A stretch of 64,000 nt of DNA, from the sequence record LC788709.1; one strand, given 5' to 3'. Positions within the stretch are counted from its first letter, which is position 1, and each line of letters begins with the position of its first letter. The notes under the pieces are model-generated. The model was not told the origin of the DNA and did not search any database. It was given only the letters and a program-made list of their open reading frames with translations. This DNA comes from Escherichia coli phage Shin27. A program made the translations under genes and the position numbers. This document shows positions 46,234-55,455 of this stretch, piece after piece.

Positions 46234-46601
46234 TACAGAACTTCCTCCGCATATTTATTCCAACCCTGACAATAACTACTAATACCACGAAGTTTGAATA
46301 TTTCATCATAAACCTCATGGTGCTCTTTTGCTTCTTGATATCCTTTGTCAAGTTCTTCTTGTCGTGCTTGCTCAAAATCAACACGATTCTCTAGCATTTT
46401 CCAGACTTTTTCATACTCTGGCCAGTCATGCTCTACCACAACGGTTTTGAGATCCTCTTTTCCACGTTGTGCTCGACTATACCACAGTTTGGATAAGATA
46501 TGTTCCAAAGTGGTAAAGTTGCTTTGAGTGATATGCCCTAATTCTAGGGCTTTCTCAATATCAGACAACTTTATAACTACATAACGTTCTTCACGTTCCA
46601 T
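46233..46601 (-). CDS. hypothetical protein
   Basis: 122-aa ORF, coupled to its neighbours. Confidence 0.55.
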   Translation of the reverse strand: MEREERYVVIKLSDIEKALELGHITQSNFTTLEHILSKLWYSRAQRGKEDLKTVVVEHDWPEYEKVWKMLENRVDFEQARQEELDKGYQEAKEHHEVYDEIFKLRGISSYCQGWNKYAEEVL

Positions 46602-47464
46602 TATAGAATCCTCTGTACACCACAGCTATCATTTTTATCTGTGGTAAATGTCAAGATCTTACCAGCTTCATCATTAACTTGCGCAACCGTCAACTGCCCG
46701 TTGAAAACACCGCCAGTATCGAGATAAACACGGTTCTTGTACAGAATTGGGTAAGGAACACCAGTGTGGCCATGGAATACGAAATCTACACTTTCAACTT
46801 CTGGCACTTCCACAGTCAGTTCATCTTTAAATCCTGCATAACGCTGGAAATAGGGGTGCTCTGCACCTTGCTTAGACAGATGAAAACCAATTTCCTGAAT
46901 TACATCACGATCCCATAGATATGGCTCAATGTAATAACTAGGATGATCATTAGGATCATTTTCACTTGCAGCGATATGATCAATAATATCATCCCAATTA
47001 GGTGTATGTACATCGAATCCCGCATCTTTATACTGGAATGGTATTCCACCATGAACAACACCATATTTCTTGCCACGATGGAGTACAGTCATGAATACTG
47101 GCATTTTAACTGCCATATCTTCTGCGATACCTTTAATTGTATCGGTATCTAGATCATTCATTGCCCACATTCCACCATTATACATCCAGTTGGCGTAGTC
47201 ACCAGCAATCATAAACTGATCATGGTTGCCACGAACGCTGCGGAAGCGTGGGTTATATAAGAATTTGGCTAGAACCTGTAAGTTCTGCGGGCCACGGTCA
47301 ATTAAGTCGCCAACACAGACAACATAGTCACGCTTCTCTTTATATCCTGCTAGTTTAAGAGCATCTTCCAGCATATCATTACAGCCGTGAATATCTCCTA
47401 CGAAGAACAGGTTAACATCGTCTGGTACTACTAACATTTCATGCAGGTTAAATTCTTTTTTCAT
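46601..47464 (-). CDS. Ser/Thr protein phosphatase (lambda PP/ApaH-like)
   Basis: 287-aa ORF with motifs GDIHGC, GDLIDRGP, RGNHD and HGHTG. Confidence 0.85.
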   Translation of the reverse strand: MKKEFNLHEMLVVPDDVNLFFVGDIHGCNDMLEDALKLAGYKEKRDYVVCVGDLIDRGPQNLQVLAKFLYNPRFRSVRGNHDQFMIAGDYANWMYNGGMWAMNDLDTDTIKGIAEDMAVKMPVFMTVLHRGKKYGVVHGGIPFQYKDAGFDVHTPNWDDIIDHIAASENDPNDHPSYYIEPYLWDRDVIQEIGFHLSKQGAEHPYFQRYAGFKDELTVEVPEVESVDFVFHGHTGVPYPILYKNRVYLDTGGVFNGQLTVAQVNDEAGKILTFTTDKNDSCGVQRIL

Positions 47465-47495
47465 TATCTGGTTCCTTTCTCAAGTTTATAGGTAT

Positions 47496-47524
47496 ATTAT
47501 ATCAAAATTTTAAGCGTTTAGCAA
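47496..47524 (-). promoter_or_regulatory. T5 early-type sigma70 promoter
   Basis: TTGCTA, 17 nt, TATAAT, directly after the terminator at 47527-47559. Confidence 0.7.
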
Positions 47525-47526
47525 AT

Positions 47527-47559
47527 AAAGAAAAACCCAGATCAGCTAAGATCTGGGTT
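47527..47559 (-). terminator. Rho-independent terminator
   Basis: AACCCAGATC-TTAGCT-GATCTGGGTT followed by TTTCTTTATTT. Confidence 0.75.
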
Positions 47560-47566
47560 GGATTTA

Positions 47567-47857
47567 TTAATCTTCTGGATTATCTTCCAGGAAGTTTTTG
47601 ATTGCATCGTGCATAGTTTCCTTACGAAGCTGACGACCAATCAGAATGTGGTTGGCTTCCACACGACCATTCGGTAGACGATCTGCTAGAACTACTACAG
47701 GAACTTGTCTAACACCGAACTTCTGCATAAGTTCTGTATTATCAGTCTCTTTATGAACTTCTAGACTGTAGCCCTGTACTACTTTATCGAATACAGGCTC
47801 GAAAAGTTTACATGGGTTGCAAGTGGAACCTTTTAATAGATATATTAATTTACTCAT
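47567..47857 (-). CDS. thioredoxin/glutaredoxin-like protein
   Basis: 96-aa ORF with a CxxC motif (STCNPCKLF) in a thioredoxin-fold-length protein. Confidence 0.6.
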   Translation of the reverse strand: MSKLIYLLKGSTCNPCKLFEPVFDKVVQGYSLEVHKETDNTELMQKFGVRQVPVVVLADRLPNGRVEANHILIGRQLRKETMHDAIKNFLEDNPED

Positions 47858-48260
47858 GTTTATTAATGGCCTCCAAAAAGCCTTTCATTACCTTGACAGT
47901 TGCAGTGCTAAGATCTAAGGTAGCACCTAAGCACTCGGATACAGCAGCTTGATAAGGGGCTTTTAGCCTGCCTTCCGGTACTTGTACTTTCTTATAGGTT
48001 TTCTTCTTGACTTTATCCAGCATCGTTTCAAGAACATTGAGAGGCAACTTCTGACCTTCAATATTCACGCCAAGCTCTTCCATTAGCATGGTATTTAAGT
48101 CAATACGAGTAAGTTTCTTGCCCTTGCTAGACATACGAATTCCCGCCTTTTTCTCAAGTTTTGCACGCTCTGGTGAATCGAGGTCACGTAATGCGATGTT
48201 CAATTCATACGGAGCCATATTGTAATGGTTAGCCATCTGAGTATAGTAACGATCTGACAT
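47850..48260 (-). CDS. hypothetical protein
   Basis: 136-aa ORF, the first gene behind the promoter at 48294-48322. Confidence 0.55.
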   Translation of the reverse strand: MSDRYYTQMANHYNMAPYELNIALRDLDSPERAKLEKKAGIRMSSKGKKLTRIDLNTMLMEELGVNIEGQKLPLNVLETMLDKVKKKTYKKVQVPEGRLKAPYQAAVSECLGATLDLSTATVKVMKGFLEAINKHE

Positions 48261-48293
48261 TTGTGAAACTCCTCTGATTCAATTTATATAAAT

Positions 48294-48322
48294 ATTATAT
48301 AAAAATTTCAGCGGAAAGTCAA
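48294..48322 (-). promoter_or_regulatory. T5 early-type sigma70 promoter
   Basis: TTGACT, 17 nt, TATAAT, then leader ...AAATTGAATCAGAGGAG. Confidence 0.65.
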
Positions 48323-48335
48323 CTACTTTTTTATA

Positions 48336-48752
48336 TTAGTGTGCTTGATGTGGGAATCTCTTCCTAACTAAGTACATAGTTATTGGATATATTGAATACA
48401 TAAGTATAGGGGAGAAAAGGGTGAAATAAGCCGTGACTCCCCCAGCTAACATTAGTGGTATCAATGCTAGAGTAAGGGCCATAAGAATCATACCGAATGA
48501 GACAGCCAGGGCTACTGTGATGCAGTTCTCTAACTCCATCCAAAGCCAACAATATTTCGTATTCCTCTGGCAGTTGCATTTGCAAACGCCGAATGTGCCC
48601 ATAATTATATACTCTAGCCCATGAACGACTTTCTTTAATGTATCATTTTGGGTAACTAGTGCGACAACAGTGAGAATTATCATTAAGATGAAAATTACTA
48701 GGCTTATTTTCCATATTCCTAGTAATATCATGGTGAATAGTTCTGCAAACAT
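48336..48752 (-). CDS. polytopic membrane protein
   Basis: 138-aa ORF with at least four hydrophobic segments. Confidence 0.5.
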   Translation of the reverse strand: MFAELFTMILLGIWKISLVIFILMIILTVVALVTQNDTLKKVVHGLEYIIMGTFGVCKCNCQRNTKYCWLWMELENCITVALAVSFGMILMALTLALIPLMLAGGVTAYFTLFSPILMYSIYPITMYLVRKRFPHQAH

Positions 48753-48827
48753 GGCTTTCTCCTATCATTAAGTTTTTAAAGCCCCCTTTGCTTTAAAAGG
48801 CGGGAATTACCCCGCCTTGATTTATTA

Positions 48828-49241
48828 TCAGACTAATTCTACGTGACCACCGTCGTAAGTACCACGATCGATCTCATCATGATAATCACCAGAACTATTC
48901 CAGTCGGCACCAAAACGAAGTTTGACACCAAGTTCCTTACCGGCTTGTTCAAAAGCCTTCTTAACAGCCCAAAATGCTTCCAGATCTTTCCAATCAATCT
49001 TTCCATTAATATATGGTGCAAAATCGATAGCGTCTCCAGTTACATGCTTACTCTTGCTAGGGTCTTTCAAAAATGAAGTACCATTAGCAATGTTTTGGGC
49101 ACTTTGTGCTACTGTACGAATACCCTGTACGATTGTGAAATCATATGGAGATAATTCTAAAGCCCTACGAGCTACCTTTTGTAGCTCGGGCTTAACAGTT
49201 GCTAATTGTTTTTCGCTATTTTTACCAAATTTAAAACTCAT
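48828..49241 (-). CDS. lys: endolysin, L-alanyl-D-glutamate peptidase (M15/VanY-like)
   Basis: 137-aa ORF with zinc-ligand motifs SKHVTGDAIDF and YDGGHVE. It overlaps the holin gene by 4 nt. Confidence 0.85.
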   Translation of the reverse strand: MSFKFGKNSEKQLATVKPELQKVARRALELSPYDFTIVQGIRTVAQSAQNIANGTSFLKDPSKSKHVTGDAIDFAPYINGKIDWKDLEAFWAVKKAFEQAGKELGVKLRFGADWNSSGDYHDEIDRGTYDGGHVELV

Positions 49242-49894
49242 ATAGATCTACCTAATGATCTCCGTTGTGGGGAACAGAGCTTTGCTAAGTACTCATTAAA
49301 TTGTTCCGAATCAGCTGTATCTACGGGTTTATCCTTCCATGCAATACCTATGTATCCAGCATAGATATTATTTAGGTTGAAATATGGACAAGTGTAGACG
49401 TAATTAAAAGTAATGTTCTTAAATGCTGGTATATTTGACCCAGTATATTTATTTACTTTTACACTTAAATCCGCAGCGTAGTTAAAGCCTTCCAGGTGAC
49501 GTCTATAAAGTTCAGACGTCTTATTTACTGCTTTATCGGCCAAGTCAGCCCTATCCAATTGCGCATTGCTTTCCCATGCAATAATGTTTGAATAATCATT
49601 TATAGCATCTGGTTTATACTTTACTACAAAAACGGCATCCGCACCAGTCTGGGAGAAAAGAACCATACTCTTTTCTCGTGCTACATTAGGAAAGTTATCT
49701 ATCCTTTGGGTTTGAACATCCTGTAAAACCGAAGACGTGGAGAAAGTCTTTAAAAATGACATCACCTCGCTAGTGTTACTTACAAACAAGAAAATAATGA
49801 CAGCAACTAAGATAGTTAGCAGACGTTTTAGTAGTGAAGCTGGATCTTTCGCTTCTTGTAGCAGTATCGTTAATAGTTGTATAAACTTTTCCAC
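49238..49894 (-). CDS. hol: holin (T5-type)
   Basis: 218-aa ORF with an N-terminal TM (LLTILVAVIIFLFV), directly upstream of and overlapping the endolysin gene. Confidence 0.6.
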   Translation of the reverse strand: MEKFIQLLTILLQEAKDPASLLKRLLTILVAVIIFLFVSNTSEVMSFLKTFSTSSVLQDVQTQRIDNFPNVAREKSMVLFSQTGADAVFVVKYKPDAINDYSNIIAWESNAQLDRADLADKAVNKTSELYRRHLEGFNYAADLSVKVNKYTGSNIPAFKNITFNYVYTCPYFNLNNIYAGYIGIAWKDKPVDTADSEQFNEYLAKLCSPQRRSLGRSI

Positions 49895-49918
49895 TTGTAA
49901 CCTCCTCTAACCACTACC

Positions 49919-49947
49919 ATTATACTAATTCTAGAGTAAAATTACAA
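49919..49947 (-). promoter_or_regulatory. possible sigma70 promoter of the holin-endolysin pair
   Basis: TTGTAA, 17 nt, TATAAT. An AGAGGAGG SD follows. Confidence 0.4.
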
Positions 49948-50009
49948 TGTGTTTTTTAAGATCACTTCTGGAGCACAATTTTTTGTCGTTGTCAAGAAGA
50001 ATTTTAGGC

Positions 50010-50041
50010 AAAAGAAAAGCCAGAGTCGTTAAACTCTGGCT
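50010..50041 (-). terminator. Rho-independent terminator after the ClpP-like gene
   Basis: AGCCAGAG-N8-CTCTGGCT followed by TTTCTTTT. Confidence 0.7.
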
Positions 50042-50050
50042 TAAAACTAC

Positions 50051-50650
50051 TTACACTTCTCCATGTTCTTCTGGATGCGGGGCTTGAGCTTTACTACACT
50101 GCTCTTTACGATAATTCGCCAAAATTTCAATACGCTTATTGATTTCTTTGCTGTTGAGATAGATATTCTTATTCTCTTTTACCATATCCTCGATTTCGTC
50201 GACAGAGAAGAACGGAAAGTAAATATCTAGCATCATATCTTCTACAAACTGGTTGTAGGATTCATAGGCTTTCTTGATTTCTTGACCTTTCTCGCAGAAT
50301 CCGCCAGAGAACGTATGTCCCATAAGCGTAGCATGTGGATGTACAACCCAACCGTGGCAAGACAGGAAGATTGTGCAGTAAGCAGAAGCACTAGGACCGA
50401 GCAGGTGTCCAATAACAGTTCCACGACAGTTAGCGATTAGGTTAGATAGTTGTGCAGCAGTATCAACGTAACCACCCGGCCCATTAATCATCAGATTAAT
50501 TTCATCATCTTCACCAGCCTGCATCAGTATCATGGATAGGTCACGATACTCATCCGGTGAGCCTAATTCTTCATCAAAGAAAAAGGTATATTCGTTAGAT
50601 TGGCGAACAGTGTGAAACAGGTTAGTCTTTTCTTCTTTCTTATTAGTCAT
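50051..50650 (-). CDS. ClpP-like serine protease
   Basis: 199-aa ORF with ClpP/S14-like blocks (INGPGGYV, GPSASAYCTIF, MGHTFSGG). Confidence 0.65.
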   Translation of the reverse strand: MTNKKEEKTNLFHTVRQSNEYTFFFDEELGSPDEYRDLSMILMQAGEDDEINLMINGPGGYVDTAAQLSNLIANCRGTVIGHLLGPSASAYCTIFLSCHGWVVHPHATLMGHTFSGGFCEKGQEIKKAYESYNQFVEDMMLDIYFPFFSVDEIEDMVKENKNIYLNSKEINKRIEILANYRKEQCSKAQAPHPEEHGEV

Positions 50651-50662
50651 AGTGATCCTTAA

Positions 50663-51415
50663 TTATCCAACTAGTGGTTCTAGTTCTAAGTCACAGAAGT
50701 GGTACACATCGGTACGAAGTGCATCAAGTCCGTTGAAGGTATTCTCAAATTTATGAGAAATGTATTTTTCAGGAATACCGCTTTCAGACGGATGATCTGT
50801 CTCGATGCGATACTTATTAGTAATACCAGATTCAACCTTAATAAGCATGGAATCCATATCTAGAGTATTGGTTTCCATGATTAGCTCTCCCTCATTGGGG
50901 AAACGCACATCGGTAACGATTGCGACGTCTGGGTCGTCTTTATCGATGGATTGCTCCAGAATTATGAGCCAAATGCGTTCATGCACCAGCTGCCTTCCTA
51001 ACTCAGTACCTACAAGCTGTAGCATTTTTCTTGGGGAGATAAATACGCTATACAGCGCATCATCAGCTTGCCCAATTAACTGCTGAGGATCAAGGTATTT
51101 TCCTTCAAAAATCGGCCAAACGTACGAGAAGTCCTCAAACTTATCGATACCATACTTAAACCATACGTCTCTAGCTCGCTCCAATTGAGATTGTGTGACC
51201 GTAAACCATTGGTCAATCTCTTTTCCCCTGCGCTCTCCCAGAAACTCTGGAGTTACCCCGAGGATTACGGATGCAAGTTCGTAAACGGGTTTAGCAAAAC
51301 TGTAACGACGGGATAAACACGTTGGGAACGTGTCATTACACCAGTCAATCATTAATTCTGCAACGGTATCTTTTCCCGCACCAGCCTCACCATGTAAACC
51401 GACTAATACTGACAT
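50663..51415 (-). CDS. dnk: deoxynucleoside monophosphate kinase
   Basis: 250-aa ORF with an N-terminal P-loop (GLHGEAGAGKDT). Size and context are as in T5. Confidence 0.75.
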   Translation of the reverse strand: MSVLVGLHGEAGAGKDTVAELMIDWCNDTFPTCLSRRYSFAKPVYELASVILGVTPEFLGERRGKEIDQWFTVTQSQLERARDVWFKYGIDKFEDFSYVWPIFEGKYLDPQQLIGQADDALYSVFISPRKMLQLVGTELGRQLVHERIWLIILEQSIDKDDPDVAIVTDVRFPNEGELIMETNTLDMDSMLIKVESGITNKYRIETDHPSESGIPEKYISHKFENTFNGLDALRTDVYHFCDLELEPLVG

Positions 51416-51768
51416 TAATCTTTCCTATTTGTAATGGGTGGATAGTAAACTAAGCAACGTTTTTCTTGTAAATCTTGACGATAGAAGCAAACCATACCAG
51501 TCAGTCGTGAAATGTAAGAGTAAACTGCTTCCTCGCATTTTGCTTTTGCATTCCAATCTTTGTAAGGTACAACAACTACTACGCCATCTTCGCCATTCGT
51601 AGCTAATTTCTTTTCGAATTTGAAATCAAAGCTACACGGCTGAAGTCCTTTAGGCCAGTCAACATGGGCTTGCTTTAACTCATGTGAAGGCTCTGGTTTT
51701 ATTTCTTCTGCACAGCCTGTGATTGTGATTGCGGCTGCGAGCAGTACTCCAAGTTTCCAGTTAAGCAT
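51415..51768 (-). CDS. outer-membrane spanin lipoprotein (Rz1-like)
   Basis: 117-aa ORF with a lipobox (LLAAAITITGC). Its start is embedded in the 3' end of the i-spanin-like ORF. Confidence 0.55.
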   Translation of the reverse strand: MLNWKLGVLLAAAITITGCAEEIKPEPSHELKQAHVDWPKGLQPCSFDFKFEKKLATNGEDGVVVVVPYKDWNAKAKCEEAVYSYISRLTGMVCFYRQDLQEKRCLVYYPPITNRKD

Positions 51769-52148
51769 GCTAATCTTTCCTCGAACTCCTTACTCTGCTT
51801 TTTAGCAATTAATGTAACCAATCCAGGCTTTGCAGCTATAATGTCTTGACGACTAAGTGCTTTATCAAGCTGACTAATTTTCTTGTCTAGATCTGCTTGG
51901 GAAACATTATTCATTGTGAAATACTGATTCATACGAGTTTCACGAAGTTCACTTTCAGCTTTCACATTATTAAGGGAAGTCTCTAGGGACGTAATCTTTT
52001 TAGTAGCTACTGCAAGATCACCTGCTAGAGTCTCAACCTTATTTACTAAGTGATAAGCACCGAATCCGATACCTATCGCAAGACCAGCTCCCAGGATATA
52101 CCACTTACCTTGCCATATTCCTGAAAGAAGTTTTTGTATCAAATCCAT
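51699..52148 (-). CDS. inner-membrane spanin (Rz-like)
   Basis: 149-aa ORF with an N-terminal TM (WYILGAGLAIGIGFGAY) and a coiled-coil periplasmic part. It overlaps the lipoprotein ORF by 70 nt. Confidence 0.55.
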   Translation of the reverse strand: MDLIQKLLSGIWQGKWYILGAGLAIGIGFGAYHLVNKVETLAGDLAVATKKITSLETSLNNVKAESELRETRMNQYFTMNNVSQADLDKKISQLDKALSRQDIIAAKPGLVTLIAKKQSKEFEERLACLTGNLEYCSQPQSQSQAVQKK

Positions 52149-52803
52149 GTGCTGCTAACCTGTCTTTATCTGATACGGTAATCATATCAGGCTCACCAGT
52201 TCCTAGTACACCGAAGATATACTGTTCGAGAACTTGGTGTAAACGGTATAAGTTACTTTCAATTTCCTGCCACGGAATACCTGACTGGTGGAAACGAATG
52301 TTTGTCTGAATTACGAAGTTACGAACATCATCGTTATCGTTCTTCTTAATACCTTTCACATATGCAATTGGTACGCGCAGTTCAGATAAGATACGTTCTG
52401 CTTTAGGTTTTGCTTCAACCAACATATCTCGCATGGTTTCACGAACATCACCACGATTCTTGTCTAGTAAGTAAGAACGGGCATGTAATCCCATTTCTTC
52501 CATTTTATCAAATACAGCATCGATGTTGAACGTTTTGAAACTGAATGCCGGATGCCAGCAGGACAGCTCATGTAACCAGTAAACTTCACCTGCAATAAAC
52601 AGCGGATTTACTGAGTATTCGAAATCACCACGGAAGGATAAGGAACCTTCACGAAACACCTGACGATTATGAACAATATTCTTTTCTACATCGTCGGTTA
52701 CTTTTACTCGCAGCTCTTCAGTTTTACGCTCCCAGACACGATCTGGATCAAATAAACTATTCTGCAAATCGTATACATCATTGAACTTTGAAATGATTCT
52801 CAT
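52105..52803 (-). CDS. hypothetical protein
   Basis: 232-aa ORF, the first gene behind the promoter at 52835-52863. Confidence 0.6.
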   Translation of the reverse strand: MRIISKFNDVYDLQNSLFDPDRVWERKTEELRVKVTDDVEKNIVHNRQVFREGSLSFRGDFEYSVNPLFIAGEVYWLHELSCWHPAFSFKTFNIDAVFDKMEEMGLHARSYLLDKNRGDVRETMRDMLVEAKPKAERILSELRVPIAYVKGIKKNDNDDVRNFVIQTNIRFHQSGIPWQEIESNLYRLHQVLEQYIFGVLGTGEPDMITVSDKDRLAAHGFDTKTSFRNMAR

Positions 52804-52834
52804 AAATTATCCTTTTGCCTCAATCTATAAACAT

Positions 52835-52863
52835 ATTATACAATACTTGTGGCATCTGAGCAA
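52835..52863 (-). promoter_or_regulatory. T5 early-type sigma70 promoter
   Basis: TTGCTC, 17 nt, TATAAT. Confidence 0.6.
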
Positions 52864-52876
52864 CTGAAATTTTATT

Positions 52877-52913
52877 ACAAAAATAGCCCAGTCGCAAAAT
52901 TGCAGGCTGGGCT
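52877..52913 (-). terminator. Rho-independent terminator
   Basis: AGCCCAG-N15-CTGGGCT followed by ATTTTTGT. Confidence 0.6.
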
Positions 52914-52948
52914 TTGTCATTATTATTCTTGCTAGGAGGTGATTATCA

Positions 52949-53296
52949 TCACTCTTGTTTACTTAATTCTCTAGCACGACGTAGCGATCCAGCGGTTCTC
53001 CATAGTTTAATGTCGTCAACAACTTCTTTGTAGGGAGCAATAGTAAGACCTAGCGGCCCCGCTACCAACAGTCCAAAGAAACCAATTACACGCATGTAAA
53101 GCAAGCATTCTTTGGGAGTCATTGACTGGACAGCCTGTCTTTCCTCAGCACTGTCGAACTCGTGTTCTCGATCGTCTAAACGTAGGTACTTAATAAACCA
53201 TTCAGCAGAATATTCATCCAGATGACGAATAACTGCAATAGCATAGCCTAAACCAATAATAAACCATGCTGCTACAATGAATAAAATAAAGCTCAT
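52949..53296 (-). CDS. membrane protein
   Basis: Start chosen at the Met of MSFILFIVAAWFIIGLGYAIAV, which has a GGAG SD. The track ORF extends to 53338. Confidence 0.5.
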   Translation of the reverse strand: MSFILFIVAAWFIIGLGYAIAVIRHLDEYSAEWFIKYLRLDDREHEFDSAEERQAVQSMTPKECLLYMRVIGFFGLLVAGPLGLTIAPYKEVVDDIKLWRTAGSLRRARELSKQE

Positions 53297-53413
53297 GATA
53301 TCTCCAGTTAAAGTTGAGGTCAGCGACCAACTCACCACTTACCGCACTAAAGGGGCACGACTCCCTTATCCGTAACAGTTGCAGGTGACGCAACTCGGTC
53401 CTACGCGAGTTCT

Positions 53414-53698
53414 TTACTTGCTCTGCATTTCAGCGCGAAACTTTTTCATCTTACGAGTTTTACGGAAGAAGAAGTAAGTAGCTACTGGCCCGAACAAGGT
53501 GTCCATGATAAGCATACCTGACATAATGAATTTGAACATCTTTTCATTGTCAAATTCTGCTAATTCTGGTGGACGATATTTGTTTATAACATAAAGAATA
53601 ACATCTTTATTTTTAGAGATATACAGATCATCAATCAGGCTGTAAATCGCGACAACTGCACCAATAACAAACCACAAAGCAAATGGAGAGATAATCAT
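53414..53698 (-). CDS. membrane protein
   Basis: 94-aa ORF with two TM segments. Confidence 0.5.
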   Translation of the reverse strand: MIISPFALWFVIGAVVAIYSLIDDLYISKNKDVILYVINKYRPPELAEFDNEKMFKFIMSGMLIMDTLFGPVATYFFFRKTRKMKKFRAEMQSK

Positions 53699-53988
53699 TT
53701 AAGATCCTTTTCATCAATTAGAATAGTAACAAACAATGGTACACAACCTGGGCACAAATCTTTACCAAACTTTTCCATCACATCCCAAAGTGGTAAAGTA
53801 ATCACACCATTCTTAACTCTAGGATCTGTATACTCAGCTATTCGTTTATTTGCAAAATCAGTAGCTAAATCTGAGTTATGCTCGTAGCTATAATCAGTCC
53901 AGAATTTAACATGATCCTTTCTAAGATATTCTAGTACAGCATCAGTTGCTGGAATCTGTACTAGACTGTTGAGATTTAGCTCTTTCAC
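53695..53988 (-). CDS. hypothetical protein
   Basis: 97-aa ORF. Confidence 0.5.
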   Translation of the reverse strand: MKELNLNSLVQIPATDAVLEYLRKDHVKFWTDYSYEHNSDLATDFANKRIAEYTDPRVKNGVITLPLWDVMEKFGKDLCPGCVPLFVTILIDEKDLK

Positions 53989-54361
53989 GTTCTTCTCTCC
54001 GACGTTTGCGTTCTTTCATCATGTAAGCTGCTACAACTTCATGATAGTAGTCATTAATGTTATCTTCTGGCAAGAAATGTTTAATTGTTTCTAGCTGACA
54101 GATAACACGGTAAAGATGTTTATTTGGTAGACATAGTTTCATGCCCATAACAAATCCAGAGAAGCCTGGAACACTGAACATGGGTTGGGCTTCTACGTTG
54201 CCCTCTGGATTGATACTAAGTTCAATCGAGATGCCCATTTTCATGCTATAAAGCTGACAGCCTTCACCATTGCCAAATCTTGACCAAACAGTGAAGTCCT
54301 CATCTATCTGATCTTGGATTTCTTCGACTGCATGTTTAATTCTAGGGTCTAAATTACTCAT
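53942..54361 (-). CDS. hypothetical protein
   Basis: Start chosen at the Met of MSNLDPRIKHAVEE, whose ATG overlaps the upstream stop (GATGAGTAA). The track ORF extends to 54439. Confidence 0.5.
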   Translation of the reverse strand: MSNLDPRIKHAVEEIQDQIDEDFTVWSRFGNGEGCQLYSMKMGISIELSINPEGNVEAQPMFSVPGFSGFVMGMKLCLPNKHLYRVICQLETIKHFLPEDNINDYYHEVVAAYMMKERKRRREERERAKSQQSSTDSSN

Positions 54362-54653
54362 CTTCACCTTCAAAGTCGCAGTCATAACGGCAAGTAAAAG
54401 AATCAGAACTATTAGTACGTTGAGTAGTGATTTCACCACGTTTACTAACAGTAACAGCCGGAGTAGAGAAGTTTTTATTAGTATATATTTCTACTTTGCC
54501 ATTACGTTCTTTTACATCACGTACTTTACCATATTCGGTGGTAATGCCATTCTGCTGAACTTTAACATTACCATTTTTCATAGAAACTTTGGTAGATGCC
54601 AGAGAACCGAAACTAACTGCTGAAATTACTAGAGCAATAATAAACTTATTCAT
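54354..54653 (-). CDS. secreted/periplasmic protein
   Basis: 99-aa ORF with a signal peptide (MNKFIIALVISAVSFGSLAS). Confidence 0.55.
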   Translation of the reverse strand: MNKFIIALVISAVSFGSLASTKVSMKNGNVKVQQNGITTEYGKVRDVKERNGKVEIYTNKNFSTPAVTVSKRGEITTQRTNSSDSFTCRYDCDFEGEDE

Positions 54654-54925
54654 TATTCTTCTCCTTCACAATCGGAACAGTAGGAACCTTCTTCAGAACG
54701 ATCATGCTCTGGACACCACCAATTACAGTTACCACACTGGAAGACTTCAGCACTACTACAAGTTTCCATTAGAAGATCTTCAATTTCAGTATCTTCCATA
54801 TGTACGCCTTTCTCGGCTAACATTTCCTGAAATACTATAGCAGACTCGAATAAACTATTGCAACTGCCTTGCATATAGGAAACGATGAATATTCTAGCCA
54901 TTTCATTAATTTCTGCTTCTTTCAT
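54653..54925 (-). CDS. Cys-rich zinc-ribbon protein
   Basis: 90-aa ORF with CGNCNWWCPEH and CSDC. It is the first gene behind the promoter at 54956-54984. Confidence 0.55.
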   Translation of the reverse strand: MKEAEINEMARIFIVSYMQGSCNSLFESAIVFQEMLAEKGVHMEDTEIEDLLMETCSSAEVFQCGNCNWWCPEHDRSEEGSYCSDCEGEE

Positions 54926-54955
54926 TTCAAAGCCCTCTCATCAATTTATATAAAT

Positions 54956-54984
54956 ATTATATCAAAAGGAGAGGGTTTTAGCAA
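54956..54984 (-). promoter_or_regulatory. T5 early-type sigma70 promoter
   Basis: TTGCTA, 17 nt, TATAAT, then leader ATTTATATAAATTGATGAGAGGG. Confidence 0.7.
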
Positions 54985-55001
54985 ATGAATTATTTACGAA
55001 A

Positions 55002-55397
55002 TTAGTCGTAGCACCACCATAACCCACGCTTACGCAGATCATGATCGCGATTATAGTCGTAATTTTCTGGATCTTTCATCACACGATGAAGTTCGCGACG
55101 GTTTCCCTGACGAACCATTTTGTTAGAATGCCACTTAACATTCCTACTAACAGAATCCCACCAGTGCCCATCTTTCTTCTCGTTACGGATGATATTTTCC
55201 TGAATCTCCTTCTCAATTTCATCCCAAGTTTTAGCCCATGCTTCATTGGATCGAACTTGATAATACTTCCACTGCTTACCCTCCCTATCCGTGTAGGTAT
55301 ACGGAATACGGATATTAGTGCTATGAAAATTATAAGTAGAACGATGTGCATCACGCCAGTGACGATCACCAGATTGTTTACGATATGTACGGCTCAT
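55002..55397 (-). CDS. hypothetical basic protein
   Basis: 131-aa Arg/Lys/Trp-rich ORF. Confidence 0.5.
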   Translation of the reverse strand: MSRTYRKQSGDRHWRDAHRSTYNFHSTNIRIPYTYTDREGKQWKYYQVRSNEAWAKTWDEIEKEIQENIIRNEKKDGHWWDSVSRNVKWHSNKMVRQGNRRELHRVMKDPENYDYNRDHDLRKRGLWWCYD

Positions 55398-55455
55398 ATT
55401 ACCTCCATTAAGTCTTTTAAATTAACTTAATGTGGGCGAACTTCAAAATATAACA

